From NCBI GenBank assembly GCA_963792965.1, contig CAWBYW010000007.1, forward strand, positions 320,001-384,000: a DNA stretch of 64,000 nucleotides. The letters run 5' to 3'. Source of the DNA: an uncultured delta proteobacterium (GTDB lineage: Bacteria > Desulfobacterota > Zymogenia > Zymogenales > Zymogenaceae). This document shows positions 20,695 to 31,930 of the stretch, piece after piece. The position numbers and the translations under genes are program-made. The notes under the pieces are model-generated. The model was given only the letters and a program-made list of their open reading frames with translations. It did no database searches and had not been told where the DNA came from. Each line of letters begins with the position of its first letter. Within the stretch, counting starts at the first letter, position 1.

Positions 20695-21243
20695 TTACCG
20701 CTTGCCTTCGGCCGGCCCGACGGCGCAGGATTCCATGTGCTTCCTTCGTTCTTCACTGCTCCCGAAGAACTTCTTCATTCTCCCGAGCATACTTTTGTCC
20801 TCTATCGCGCCCTTGATGCTCTCCTCATAGCCAAGTGTTGCGTAGTAGGTCGCCCGGTCGAAATAGAGTATCCCCCTGTTATTGAGCTCCTGAACCTGAA
20901 ACAACTCGAAGGCCGTCCCGAAGAAGCCCTCCGCCGTTACGACTTCGACGATAACCTTCCTGAGCAGGGAAAGTGCGTTGATGATGTCGTGCATGGCGTA
21001 GTCGTCCTTAAAGAGCTCCCGTCCGAATTGGGTGAAATCGAGACAGATGCGGTACTTGGAGATGTCTTTCGTGATGACTTCGTCGAAGCCGTCCAGGATC
21101 TCCCCCGTCATCCTTCTCCACTTGACCTCATCGATCCCCTCGCTGATCCTGAGGGTCTTGGTCTTCTTGAAATCTTCCAGCCAGAGGTTGATAATCTGTT
21201 CTCTCTTGTTCCGAATTATCGCCACAAATCGTTCGTTAATCAT
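20695..21243 (-). CDS. Stand-alone RsbRD N-terminal-like (non-heme globin-like) protein
   Basis: All-helical; REQIINLWL..FGRELF..DIINALSLLRK..FDRATYY..GYE pattern. Confidence 0.55.
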   Translation of the reverse strand: MINERFVAIIRNKREQIINLWLEDFKKTKTLRISEGIDEVKWRRMTGEILDGFDEVITKDISKYRICLDFTQFGRELFKDDYAMHDIINALSLLRKVIVEVVTAEGFFGTAFELFQVQELNNRGILYFDRATYYATLGYEESIKGAIEDKSMLGRMKKFFGSSEERRKHMESCAVGPAEGKR

Positions 21244-21409
21244 GTTCGCCCTACCTTTCCAATGAGAAGTTCCGACAGTCGTTTCTTGCCCTTTATCCTA
21301 AGGGATTATCCCATGTGATATTTCATTTTTGTTCGTTCTCACAAATACGGCGTCAGGATAGCATATTTTGTAGATACTCACAATAGGGAAATGGCGCGTC
21401 CCCTCAATT

Positions 21410-21913
21410 TTATACGGTCCGAACGACCTCCTCTAACACCTCTCCTTTACCCGGCGTATGAACCCCGGCGTATCCGAGCGCGACAAGGATGACCGCCCGA
21501 TAGTCCTTCGGTGCCCGCACGAGAGCAAGCAGCTTCTTTTCATCGAAGTCAAAAGAGAGACCGACCGATACCCCGAGCTCCCGGGCCATGAGGACGATAT
21601 GGGTCACGGCGATCGGAATATCGATCATGAAAAAGGGTTGTTCCCTTCCCCGACTGCCTCCCACGACCCATGGATCGGCGCACGCGGCGATGATCGTCCG
21701 CGCGGTCTTAAAGGCGGGCACACTTCCGAGGGCCGCGGCCTCTTTCAGGAGGCCCTTTTCCTCGATAACAAAGAAGCGCCATATCTGGGCGTTGTTCGCC
21801 GAAGGGGCGAGTCGGGCCGCCTCGAGAATTGTGATGATCGTCTCGTCATCAACGGCTTTTTCATTGAACCGAACCGGCTCTTTAAGCTTTCCAATCAGGT
21901 CGGGTATTACCAT
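21410..21913 (-). CDS. Nitroreductase-family protein B (keeps APSANN, lacks RRSxR)
   Basis: ILEAARLAPSANNAQIWRFF, DIPIAVTHIVLMA, ALGY; GAGG 5 nt before ATG 21913. Confidence 0.85.
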   Translation of the reverse strand: MVIPDLIGKLKEPVRFNEKAVDDETIITILEAARLAPSANNAQIWRFFVIEEKGLLKEAAALGSVPAFKTARTIIAACADPWVVGGSRGREQPFFMIDIPIAVTHIVLMARELGVSVGLSFDFDEKKLLALVRAPKDYRAVILVALGYAGVHTPGKGEVLEEVVRTV

Positions 21914-22506
21914 GGCGCCCTCAAGAAGGCCGCGATCTTTTCCATACCGACCCTCCTTTTTGAGACCAGATTCCTGGCCATATAGTCCCACGAGGTAACC
22001 CTGATCTTCTCAGGCGCATACCCAAGCGGGCTGACCGCCACGATCCGAATCTCACTACCGAGGCCCAGCACATTCTTGATCCCCTCCTCGCCGAAGCCGC
22101 CGAGCCAGCAGGTGGAAAGACCGATTTCCGCGGCCGCCAGCACCAGCATCTCCATGACCATTGCCGTTTCGGCAAGATAGAGGTATTTATCTCCCACTAC
22201 GCGCGCCTTTTCGGGGTAGCCGCAGGCAATGATGAAGGCCGGTGCCTTCGTGGTGAGAATCCAGGGGTTGATCTTGCCGAGCCACCCTGAGAAGTTGGCC
22301 CGGGTGAGTCTCTTCCTTGTGCCCTCGTCGATCACAAAGAGAAAGCGCGGGCTCATAAACCCGAACGACCGCGCCCCTTGCCGGGCCACGTGGGCCAGAT
22401 GATCGAGCTTCTCCGGCTCGACCGGAATATCGGCATATTTCCTGACGCTTCGCCTGATCCTCACGATCTCCATGAAATCTCGGGGATCATTTCCCTGTTC
22501 GGCCAC
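21907..22506 (-). CDS. Nitroreductase-family protein A (keeps RRSVR and CWLGGF, lacks APS-N)
   Basis: RRSVRKY, LAAAEIGLSTCWLGGF, PLGY, KRR tail; GTG 22506 with GGAG upstream (start uncertain). Confidence 0.85.
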   Translation of the reverse strand: MAEQGNDPRDFMEIVRIRRSVRKYADIPVEPEKLDHLAHVARQGARSFGFMSPRFLFVIDEGTRKRLTRANFSGWLGKINPWILTTKAPAFIIACGYPEKARVVGDKYLYLAETAMVMEMLVLAAAEIGLSTCWLGGFGEEGIKNVLGLGSEIRIVAVSPLGYAPEKIRVTSWDYMARNLVSKRRVGMEKIAAFLRAPW

Positions 22507-22596
22507 CTCTGAATCTCCACCGGTCGCCCGGCCGTCTCGTCGTCTGAGTGAACTCACCGAATTGTCCGGATTTTGCCTACAGGCGGGCCGCCCCTT

Positions 22597-23106
22597 TCAC
22601 ACCTCACCCGAATACCAGATGCGTGCGTATTGCTCGGGGTCTTCCCCGAGCCTCTGCTCCAGGAGCACAAGATTGATGACGTCCTCGCGGTTGTAGCGCA
22701 ACAGCAGCCTGAGAGCGTCGATGTCCCCCTTCCTCTCGTATCGATCCCAGAGGACCGGGGCGTCCCGGCCCGTGAGTCCGACGGTCTGACGGACAATGCC
22801 GAGCTCTTTCTCCACGCCCTTCAATCCACCGTAGAGTCCTTTCCTCCAGCAGTCGTACATGAGATCGTGTGAAGTAAAACGGGCCCTCAAATCGACGCCC
22901 ACCACCCTCCTGATGACCGGAAGGTCGAAACGATTGCCGTTGTAAGTAACGATCACGGACGCGGGCGCCAGCGTATCGATCAGACTCTTTTCGGTAATAT
23001 CATCGTCGATAAGCTGGATAATCTGGTCGGGCGGAATACAAATCCCCACCACCGTGATTTCTCCGTTGAAGGAGGTCTCTATGTCGAGATATGCGCGATC
23101 AAACAT
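22597..23106 (-). CDS. YprB-like RNase H-fold (DEDD) exonuclease
   Basis: LDIETS, TYNGNRFDLP, GGLKGVE, YNREDV. Confidence 0.85.
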   Translation of the reverse strand: MFDRAYLDIETSFNGEITVVGICIPPDQIIQLIDDDITEKSLIDTLAPASVIVTYNGNRFDLPVIRRVVGVDLRARFTSHDLMYDCWRKGLYGGLKGVEKELGIVRQTVGLTGRDAPVLWDRYERKGDIDALRLLLRYNREDVINLVLLEQRLGEDPEQYARIWYSGEV

Positions 23107-23204
23107 GGAACATTCTTTTCAATTTTATGTTTACTCCAGCCGGTCTCTAACTGTCGGAGACCATATGTTAAAACAGGTGCCCTCAAAAATCAAGGATAAT
23201 CGGG

Positions 23205-23234
23205 TTGACACGGCCGCCTGACCTGCTATATAAT
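23205..23234 (+). promoter_or_regulatory. Sigma70 promoter of the M48 protease gene
   Basis: TTGACA-18 bp-TATAAT. Confidence 0.7.
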
Positions 23235-23263
23235 CTTGATGGCTTTTTTCAGAGGATTCCGTC

Positions 23264-24958
23264 ATGAGAGCAAAGCTCCTTTTTGCATCGACCGTAACCA
23301 TCGGCATTCTCATCGCGTTCGTATTCTTCGTGGTGCTGCTGGCCTCGTTCGTCTCCGGAATCATCAGCGGCGCCGCCATGATCATCCTCACGATCGCGTT
23401 CTGCCTGCTCTCCTGGCTCGTGAGCCCCTGGTTCACCGACCTCATTCACAAATGGGTCTATAAATTCCGGGTGATGGAATTTGACGAGCTCGCCCGGCGG
23501 AGCCCGGCGACAGCCCGTTTTCTCACCGAGACCTGCGAGCGCCATAAGATAAAGGTGCCGATGCTCAGAATCCTGGACGACATGAACCCGACGGCCTACT
23601 GCTACGGCTCGCTGCCGTCAAATTCGCGGATCGTCGTCTCCGAGGGGATATTTCATTACCTGACTGACGAGGAGGTGTCGGCCGTCTATGGTCACGAGCT
23701 TGGGCACATCAAGAACCTCGATTTCATCGTGATGACGGTAGCCAATACCCTTCTCATGATTCTTTACGAGATCTATGTGATCTTCACGCGCATCCGTTCC
23801 CGAGGGAAGAATAACCCCCTGCCGCTCATCGGCCTGATCTCGCTCTTCTTCTGGTGGATCGGCTCCTATCTTGTCCTTTACCTTTCCCGAACGCGAGAGT
23901 ATATGGCCGACCATTTCTCCGGCGTCGAGACGAAAAACCCCAACGCGCTGGCAACGGCCCTCGTCAAGATCGGTTACGGGATCGCCGCCGAGCCCGACAC
24001 CCCCCTCTCTTCGCGTCTCATGGGAAGCACCCGCGCCCTCAATATCGTCGACTATAAGGGCACAGACAGCTCGAGCGCCGCCGTCAGGCTCTCCGTAGAC
24101 GAGACCAAGCCCGCGACCGGAAAAGTTCCGGCATTCGACGCGGGGCGGGTATCGAAGATCTTCCTCTTTGATATCTTCAACCCCTGGGCGGCCGTCGTTC
24201 AGCTTGGATCCACCCACCCGCTCACGGGCAAAAGGATCAAGGCGCTCATGGAGTTGGCCGGGAGCATGAATGTCGGTCAGGTATTCAACTTCGAGCAGAT
24301 CGCCATCGACGGGCAGGCCCTTGACAGGACGAGGCTCTACGGCAAATTCTTCTTCGAGGTGCTCATCTACTTCGCCCCCGTCATAGGCATCATCGCCGGA
24401 CTCCTGCTTGCCCTCGCCGATCGCGCCCTCATCGGGACGGTCGTCCTCACCTTCGGGCTCGGATTACTCCTGAGAGGGATCTACCGATACCCGCCCATGA
24501 ACAAACCCGAGGAGACGACCGTCCTTGAGCTGATGAGCGACCCGTACGCGAGCCCTCTCAGGGGCAAGCCCGTGATCGTGGGCGGGCAGGTCATCGGAAG
24601 GGCCGCCGCCGGCAGCCTCTTCGGCGAGGATATGGTGATCCGCGATCCTTCCGGAGGCCTCATAACCCTTAACTACGAGTCGCCCATCCCGATCCTCGGA
24701 AATCTCTTTTTCGGCTACAGACGAACGCGCGAGATGATCAACCGCCCCGTCCAGGCAACGGGATGGTTCCGAAGAAAGGTTTCCCAGCTGATCGACCTGA
24801 AGACGATCAAGACCTCCGAGCGATCGTTCAGGAGCTATACCCGCTTCTGGGCCCTCGTGCTTGCCGTTATTATCACCGTGGCGGGGATTTTTACCACGAT
24901 GCTGTCTCTTTCCGCTCTCGCGGGCCCCGCGGGACCCGGAGGCCAGGGAGCCCTCTAA
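23264..24958 (+). CDS. HtpX-like M48 zinc metalloprotease with long C-terminal extension
   Basis: HELGH, SRTREYMAD, STHP..KRIKAL; extra TM pair and ~170-aa domain. Confidence 0.88.
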   Translation: MRAKLLFASTVTIGILIAFVFFVVLLASFVSGIISGAAMIILTIAFCLLSWLVSPWFTDLIHKWVYKFRVMEFDELARRSPATARFLTETCERHKIKVPMLRILDDMNPTAYCYGSLPSNSRIVVSEGIFHYLTDEEVSAVYGHELGHIKNLDFIVMTVANTLLMILYEIYVIFTRIRSRGKNNPLPLIGLISLFFWWIGSYLVLYLSRTREYMADHFSGVETKNPNALATALVKIGYGIAAEPDTPLSSRLMGSTRALNIVDYKGTDSSSAAVRLSVDETKPATGKVPAFDAGRVSKIFLFDIFNPWAAVVQLGSTHPLTGKRIKALMELAGSMNVGQVFNFEQIAIDGQALDRTRLYGKFFFEVLIYFAPVIGIIAGLLLALADRALIGTVVLTFGLGLLLRGIYRYPPMNKPEETTVLELMSDPYASPLRGKPVIVGGQVIGRAAAGSLFGEDMVIRDPSGGLITLNYESPIPILGNLFFGYRRTREMINRPVQATGWFRRKVSQLIDLKTIKTSERSFRSYTRFWALVLAVIITVAGIFTTMLSLSALAGPAGPGGQGAL

Positions 24959-24964
24959 GACGTT

Positions 24965-25606
24965 ATGAATCTCCCGAAGGTCATCGGCCCGCCGGCATTG
25001 TCGCTCTTCTTTCTGGTCGTACTCGTCTACGGCATGGGGAATTTCATGTCCGTCCTCCCCGACCAGTATCGTCCGAAGGGTCTCAGCGATGACGCCGTGT
25101 CTCCCGAAAAGCTGATCACCGTCACCGGGAACGAAGGGGATCCCCCCGTCACCATTTCCCTTTTCTCATGGGGAGCCCGCTTTTCGCAGGGCCATGCCGA
25201 TATCGGCACACTCAGATACGAGCGGGTCTACTACGCGCTGAGAGACTCCAGGGGAGCCCTGATCTGGAAACTGGTATCTCATGATACCTACGTCGCCGTC
25301 ACGGATCCCCAAGATAAGGAGGTCCTTAAGATCGTACGCAAAAAGGATAGCATTGAGTTTCTCGATCGTGACGGAAAACTCATCTCCTACATGATCCTGG
25401 GGGATACCTCCGCATCACTCTACACCCCCGCCGGCGTACTCCTGGCCCGCTCTGAGCTCACCCGATCAGGAACCGCATTGTTTGATCGTGCGGGAAATAA
25501 GATACTCTCGACCGACCTCCCACTGTCCCCGGCGGGGCTTTCGAGCGCGGCGCTCTCCCCCTACGATCCCGTCGAGCGGGCGGCACTCATGATCATGGTA
25601 AAATGA
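24965..25606 (+). CDS. Hypothetical membrane-anchored beta-rich protein
   Basis: N-terminal hydrophobic helix; 6 bp after the protease gene. Confidence 0.65.
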   Translation: MNLPKVIGPPALSLFFLVVLVYGMGNFMSVLPDQYRPKGLSDDAVSPEKLITVTGNEGDPPVTISLFSWGARFSQGHADIGTLRYERVYYALRDSRGALIWKLVSHDTYVAVTDPQDKEVLKIVRKKDSIEFLDRDGKLISYMILGDTSASLYTPAGVLLARSELTRSGTALFDRAGNKILSTDLPLSPAGLSSAALSPYDPVERAALMIMVK

Positions 25607-25797
25607 GAAGTCCGGTGTCACCACGCGATAGGGAGGACGAATGAAACGTCGTCCGTGTTTTTTACACGGCGCCGCGCCCGCAAAAAACCACACCGACGGC
25701 TCTTCTTTCCTCTCGTCTTCAACGCACCACTATTCGATTCGTTTCCGGTAAACATAAGAGGCGCGGCGGAGTTTTCCGCGATGGCAGCATCACACGG

Positions 25798-26262
25798 TTA
25801 CGTTTCTTTCTTCGTATACGGGTCCCGATTCTGGATCGCCATCAACCTGTCGGCAAGCGGGGTGCCGGCCAATCTCCTGAACCCATACCGCTCGTAGAGC
25901 CCGTGAGCGTCCCTGGTTCCGAGGGAAATCAGGCGAACGCCCTGGAGTTCGGGATGACCCACCACGGTCTCGATCAGCCACTTCCCGAGTCCCTTTCCTC
26001 GATACGGCTCAATGATGAAGACGTCTCCGAGATAGGCGAAGGTCGCAAAATCCGTAACGACCCTCGCAAAACCGATCTGGTCCTCCCGGTCATACATTCC
26101 GAAGCAGAGAGAGTTCTCGATCGACTTTTTCACGACGCGGAGGGGAATATCTCTTGCCCAGTACGACCGGTTAGCAAGAAAGTCGTGGATGACCTTCAGG
26201 ACAAGCTTCCGTCGATCCGTGCTTATCTCGAAATCATCTTTGCGAACGGTTATTGGTCCCAT
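25798..26262 (-). CDS. GNAT N-acetyltransferase
   Basis: SYWA, QIGFARVVTDFATFAYLGDVF, YRGKGLGK, DAHGLY. Confidence 0.9.
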   Translation of the reverse strand: MGPITVRKDDFEISTDRRKLVLKVIHDFLANRSYWARDIPLRVVKKSIENSLCFGMYDREDQIGFARVVTDFATFAYLGDVFIIEPYRGKGLGKWLIETVVGHPELQGVRLISLGTRDAHGLYERYGFRRLAGTPLADRLMAIQNRDPYTKKET

Positions 26263-26340
26263 ACCCTGCCGGATGACGGCCTGCATTTCCGGGAACGCTC
26301 GCTCGGATCCGCGTACCGTCCCTTGACCTGTTCGGATCGG

Positions 26341-27999
26341 CTATTTGATGATCGCCCCGGTCGAGGCGGAGGTCACCGCCCGGGCATAGCGCGCAAGGTA
26401 GCCCGTCGTGATATTCGGCTTGCGGGCAACGAGCCCTTCCCTCCTCTTCTTCAGCTCCTCGTCGGAGACCTTGAGGTGAATCGATCGGCCGTGGATATCG
26501 ATCTCAATGACGTCGCCGTCCTTCACCAGCGCGATCGTCCCACCCTCGGCGGCCTCGGGCGAGACGTGTCCGATCGCAGCCCCTCGTGTGCCGCCGGAGA
26601 ACCTCCCGTCGGTAATGAGCGCCACGTCTTGGTCCAGCCCCATCCCCGCGATAACGGACGTGGGAGTGAGCATCTCCCGCATTCCCGGCCCGCCCTTCGG
26701 CCCCTCATAACGGACCACGATGACGTCCCCCTTCTTGATGCGGCCTCCCATGATCGCCTTCACGCTCTCTTCCTCCGAGTCAAAGACACGGGCCGGCCCG
26801 GAGTTTTTCATCATCCGTTCGGCGACGGCCGACTGCTTTACCACCGCACCGTCCGGCGCAAGGTTTCCCCTGAGGATGGCGATCCCTCCTTCCTTGTGAT
26901 ACGGGCGCGTGATCGTCTTGATCACACTATCGTCGAAGACCTCGACCCCTACGAGATTATGTGAAAGCGGGGCCGTCGTAACCGTCATGACCGACGTATC
27001 GATCATGCCCGCCCCGGCAAGGATCGCCATGACCGCCTGAACCCCGCCGGCCCGGTATAGATCCTGGAGATGGTGGGGTCCGCCGGGCGACAGGCTCACG
27101 AGGTGCGGGGTCTTCTTGCTGATTTCATCGAAGAGATTAAGGTCAAGCTCGATTCCAGCCTCGTGGGCGACGGCCGGCAGATGAAGAACAGTATTGGTCG
27201 AGCAGCCGAGGGCCATGTCCACGGCAATCGCGTTGCCTATGGCGGCACGAGTCACGATATCCCGAGGCAGGATCTCCTTTTCAATGAGCTTCATGACGGT
27301 CCTTCCGGCTTCCTTGGCCAGTCTGATGCGCGCCGCGTCGACGGCCGGGATCGTCCCGTTTCCGGGCATGCCCATACCGAGCGCCTCGGTCAGGCAATTC
27401 ATCGAGTTTGCGGTAAACATCCCTGCGCATGATCCGCATCCCGGGCACGCTGCGTCTTCGAGCTTCACCAGCTCGTCTTCGTTCATCTCACCCGCGACGA
27501 GCTTCCCCACCCCCTCAAAGACCGTGATGAGGTCCACCTCCCTGCCGCAGTATATGCCCGCCATCATCGGACCGCCGCTCATGATGATCGTCGGCACGTT
27601 GAGGCGGAGTGCGGCCATCAGCATGGCAGGGACGGTCTTGTCGCAGTTGGGAATCATGACCAGTCCATCAAACGGGTGGGCCATTGCCATAACCTCGATC
27701 GAGTCGGCGATGATCTCGCGGCTCGCCAGAGAATATTTCATCCCCTCGTGGTTCATGGCGATTCCGTCGCAGATACCGATCGACGGAAATTCTATCGGAG
27801 TCCCACCCATGATCCTCACCCCCGCTTTTACCGCCTCCGCGATCGTATTGAGGTGTATATGGCCGGGCACGATTTCGTTTTGCGAATTTACAACGCCCAC
27901 CATGGGGCGGACGATCTCGCTGTCGGTATATCCCATGGCCTTGAAGAGGGCACGGTGCGGCGCCTTCTCAAGGCCTCGCTTCATCCTGTCACTTCTCAT
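26341..27999 (-). CDS. ilvD: Dihydroxy-acid dehydratase
   Basis: [47 protein letters not shown]. Confidence 0.97.
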   Translation of the reverse strand: MRSDRMKRGLEKAPHRALFKAMGYTDSEIVRPMVGVVNSQNEIVPGHIHLNTIAEAVKAGVRIMGGTPIEFPSIGICDGIAMNHEGMKYSLASREIIADSIEVMAMAHPFDGLVMIPNCDKTVPAMLMAALRLNVPTIIMSGGPMMAGIYCGREVDLITVFEGVGKLVAGEMNEDELVKLEDAACPGCGSCAGMFTANSMNCLTEALGMGMPGNGTIPAVDAARIRLAKEAGRTVMKLIEKEILPRDIVTRAAIGNAIAVDMALGCSTNTVLHLPAVAHEAGIELDLNLFDEISKKTPHLVSLSPGGPHHLQDLYRAGGVQAVMAILAGAGMIDTSVMTVTTAPLSHNLVGVEVFDDSVIKTITRPYHKEGGIAILRGNLAPDGAVVKQSAVAERMMKNSGPARVFDSEEESVKAIMGGRIKKGDVIVVRYEGPKGGPGMREMLTPTSVIAGMGLDQDVALITDGRFSGGTRGAAIGHVSPEAAEGGTIALVKDGDVIEIDIHGRSIHLKVSDEELKKRREGLVARKPNITTGYLARYARAVTSASTGAIIK

Positions 28000-28407
28000 A
28001 AAACACCTCCAAAGGTGGGTGGATTATATCAGTCAATCTTTCGGTTTGTAAAGAAGTATTATGGGAGGCGCGCGGCCGCTACCCCGTCTATCTCCGGACG
28101 GAATCCACGTTCCGGTACTGCGCCGGGTCTCACGTGAGCCTCGTCGTCCGTTCACGCGGGGCGTTGCTCGGCGACTTTTTACACGGGACGGTCTTTTTGG
28201 GCGAGTGCGTCGTCTCACACAACGGAAGACACTTCCGATAGCCGACTATCCTCCGCGAATCTTTCCGGACCTCGTGGTCGGCAAATAGCGACGCCACGGT
28301 CTTGTCGATCCGGCCATTATCCTTGACTTTTCCATCGCTAAATGTTAGTGTTTCGATTTAACAGATTTAGCACGACGCCTGTGCATCTCTCTATTTTACG
28401 GCACGGT

Positions 28408-31069
28408 ATGGATAAGAACCGAAAAAAGAGCACGCTCAAGGAAAAGATACTCACCTTTATAATGATGCTGTTGGGAAACCATCTCAACTACTACTCCTCG
28501 TACCTCGGGGAGCCGAAGAATTCGCTCATCACCCTCATCTTCAATTATTTCGTGCCGAGGGTCTCCATACCCAAGGAAGACAAAAAGACCATCAGGGAGC
28601 TCGGGAAAAAAGGGACGATCGTCTACGCCCAGAAAAACAGGTCGTCACTTGACTTTCTTTTCTTTCAGCACCGTTATTATATCGAGGGGCTCCCCTATCC
28701 CATCTTCGGCAACTTCATCAATATGATCTGGTGGCAGCCGCTCACGTCCGTCCTTCGTATCATCCTTTCCAAGCTCTACTGCCTCATCGACGGAATCGAG
28801 TCCCCTAACCCTTACCGAACCGATTACGTCAGGCGAATGAGTCAGGACGGGCACTCGCTCGATCCTCTTTCTGAGAAACCCCACCGGCCTCTTGAAACGG
28901 TTTGCCATCAAAGAGACGGACGACCCGGTGGTTTACCTGCTGCGCGCCCAGAAGGTAATGAGGCGCACGATATACATCATTCCGCACAATATTATTTATC
29001 ATAAGCGCCCCACGACCACGAAAAGAAACATCGTCGATGTCCTGTTCGGCCCAATCGAAGAGCCCGGACTCATACGACGCGTTGTCGTCTTCCTTACCAA
29101 CTACCGGAGGGCCTTCGTCAAGATCGGAGACCCCGTCAACCTCAAGGAATTCCTCGCGTCAAAGAGAGATTTCGTGGACGGAGAGCTCTCCTATGAGCTC
29201 AGACGGACGCTCCTTGATAACATCGAGCGTGAGGAGCGCCTCATCAAGGGACCCGTCCTCAAGGGCAGGCTCGAACTGATGGAGATGGTCCTCTGGGACG
29301 ACGAGTTTCAGGAAAAGATACAGAACCTCTCTGAGGTCACCCGGGAGCCGATACGAACCCTGAGAAAGCGAACGATTACGCTCCTTGACGAGATCGCCTC
29401 GGACTACAACATCACGTATGTCCATTTATGGGACTACGTACTGACCTGGGTCTGGAATAACATCTATAACGGCGTGGACGTCGATGAAGAAGGACTCAAC
29501 AAGGTCCGGGAGGCGGGCAAGAAATCATCTCTGGTGATCGTGCCGTGTCATAAGAGCCACATGGACTACCTGATGCTCTCCTACGTCTTTTTCCACAATA
29601 ACCTCTACCCGCCCAATATCGCAGCGGGCATAAACCTTTCCTTCTTCCCGATGGGGTACATCTTCAGAAAATCCGGTGCATTTTTTTTGAGGAGGAGCTT
29701 CAGAGGCGATCCCCTCTACCCGATCGCCTTCTCCGCATACATCAAGACCCTGATGTCGGAAGGATTCAGTATCGAGTTTTTCATCGAGGGAGGTCGCTCA
29801 AGGACCGGGAAGCTCGTCATGCCTAAGCTCGGGCTTCTCTCGATCATTATCAACGCGTATCTCTCGGGGGCGGTAAAGGACATCTCGTTTGTCCCCATCT
29901 TCATCGGGTACGACAGGATCATGGAGGAATCGTCGTATGTCAGCGAGATGGTCGGTACCCAGAAGAAGAAGGAGAGCCTCTGGTCGATGCTCAGGAGCGG
30001 GAGCCTTCTCAAGAAGAGGTACGGCCGTGTATACATCACCTTTCATGACCCTATCTCCCTCAGGGAGCTCATAGAGTCCGAGGGATATAAGCCCGACACA
30101 ATCACCAAGACCCAGCTGCGCCAGAGCCAGTATGACCTCGCGTATCGGATCGTCTACTCGATCAATCAGGTGAGCGTGGTCTCGACGATCAGCCTCGTAT
30201 CCGCCGCCTTCATGGCAAGCCCCCAGGGCGCGCTGACCCAAGATGAGCTGATGGTCACCTCTCGCCTCTTCATGGATTACCTCTCGTCTTTCGGGACCCA
30301 TTTTTCCGACGCTCTGAAGAACCCGGCGACGGCCGTCATCGAGGCCCTTTCCTCCCTCAGGGAGGAGCACCTCATAGAAGAAATCAAGAGTGAGCCCGAT
30401 GAGCCGGATTTTGAGAAGGTCTTTTACGTCCCCGAGGAGAGGCGGCTGACAATCGAATTCTATAAGAATAACATACTGCACTTTTTCATCCCGGCGGCCT
30501 TCGTGGCCACCTCGATCCTCTCCAAACAAACCGACGGGGTGTCGAAGGAACAGATCGTGGCCGATTACACCTATTTTCGTAAGCTCTTCAAGTACGAGTT
30601 TGTCTACGATCTCGACTTCTCGGACGCCGACCGGGTGCGCCAGGTGATCGACCACTTCAAGAAGCAGAAGATCGTCACGGAACACGGCCGGAACATCACC
30701 GTCAACCAGGACAAGGAGCAGATGCTGACGCGCTTCGCGGAACTGATCCGAAACTTCATAGAATCATATCTCGTCACCACCGAGAGCCTGCCGAACTACA
30801 TCACGAGGGGACCCAAGAGCGAGCGAGACCTGATAAAGCGCATTAACGTGACCGGGCAGAAGATGTATAAGAAGAAAGAGATCACCCGCATCGAAGCGCT
30901 TTCCCGGATTAATTTCAAGAACGCCCTTGAGCTCCTCACGCACGAAAATATCCTTTCGGAATTTACCGAAAACGAGGGGAAGCGGCCGACAAAATATTAC
31001 ACCACGGGACCCGTGCCGAACGATTTCCCCGACAAGATAAAACGATACCTTACCCGAACAGGGGGTTAA
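28408..31069 (+). CDS. plsB: Glycerol-3-phosphate acyltransferase PlsB; frameshift ~28860
   Basis: PCHKSHMDY (HxxxxD), [19 protein letters not shown]; N-terminal part lies in ORF 28342..29004. Confidence 0.88.
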
Positions 31070-31071
31070 CG

Positions 31072-31851
31072 ATGAAACGGCATCTTTTCACCCTTTTGTC
31101 TTTTTCCTTTGCCCTTCTTCTTTTCAGTTGTACGACCACCACGATAACCGGCCCAAACGCTCCCACGACGTCGTCGCCGCCCGCCAGCACCGCAAAGGTC
31201 GTCGACACCTTTGAGGGGGTCGCCTCCTGGTACGGCCCCGAATTCCACGGCAAGAAGACGGCCAGCGGCGAGATCTTCGACATGACCGATCTGACCGCAG
31301 CCCATAAGACCCTCCCCATGGGGTCGGTCTGCATGGTCACAAACCTGGATAACAACAAGTCGGTGACCGTCAGGATCAACGACCGCGGACCTTTCGCCAA
31401 GGAGCGCGTCATCGACCTCTCCTACGCCGCGGCCGACGTCATCGGTATGATCAGCACAGGCACGGCTCCCGTCAGGGTGGAGGTGCTGAGCGAACAAGGC
31501 CCTCCCGCTCCGGCCACCACCCCGGCCCCGTCGACCGATACGGCACTGCTTCCCGAAACGCCCCCGGCGCCTGACGCCGCAGTTCCCCCCGCCGCGGTGA
31601 CCCCGCCGCCCGGAGAATCACAGGTCTCTTTTACCGTGCAGGTCGGCTCCTTCTCCAGCAAAGCAAACGCGGAAATCCTCTACAACACGCTGGCGGGAAA
31701 ATATGAGAATGTCTCCATCGAGGAATTCTCGACGACGAGTAGCACCTATTGGCGCGTGCGGGTCGGCAAATTCTCCACCCGCGAGGAAGCCCAAAAAGAG
31801 GCCGAGAAGCTCAGCAACGCCGGCTACACCGTCTTTATCAGCGAGCGTTAG
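31072..31851 (+). CDS. rlpA: Septal ring lytic transglycosylase RlpA (DPBB + SPOR)
   Basis: Lipobox LFSC; [27 protein letters not shown]; SPOR VQVGSF. Confidence 0.93.
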   Translation: MKRHLFTLLSFSFALLLFSCTTTTITGPNAPTTSSPPASTAKVVDTFEGVASWYGPEFHGKKTASGEIFDMTDLTAAHKTLPMGSVCMVTNLDNNKSVTVRINDRGPFAKERVIDLSYAAADVIGMISTGTAPVRVEVLSEQGPPAPATTPAPSTDTALLPETPPAPDAAVPPAAVTPPPGESQVSFTVQVGSFSSKANAEILYNTLAGKYENVSIEEFSTTSSTYWRVRVGKFSTREEAQKEAEKLSNAGYTVFISER

Positions 31852-31930
31852 GCACCCATCACCTTCCCGCGACTGTTCATCACGGACAACCTGTGGTATA
31901 CTAAAAGTGTAACCAGGACGGTAAACGACT

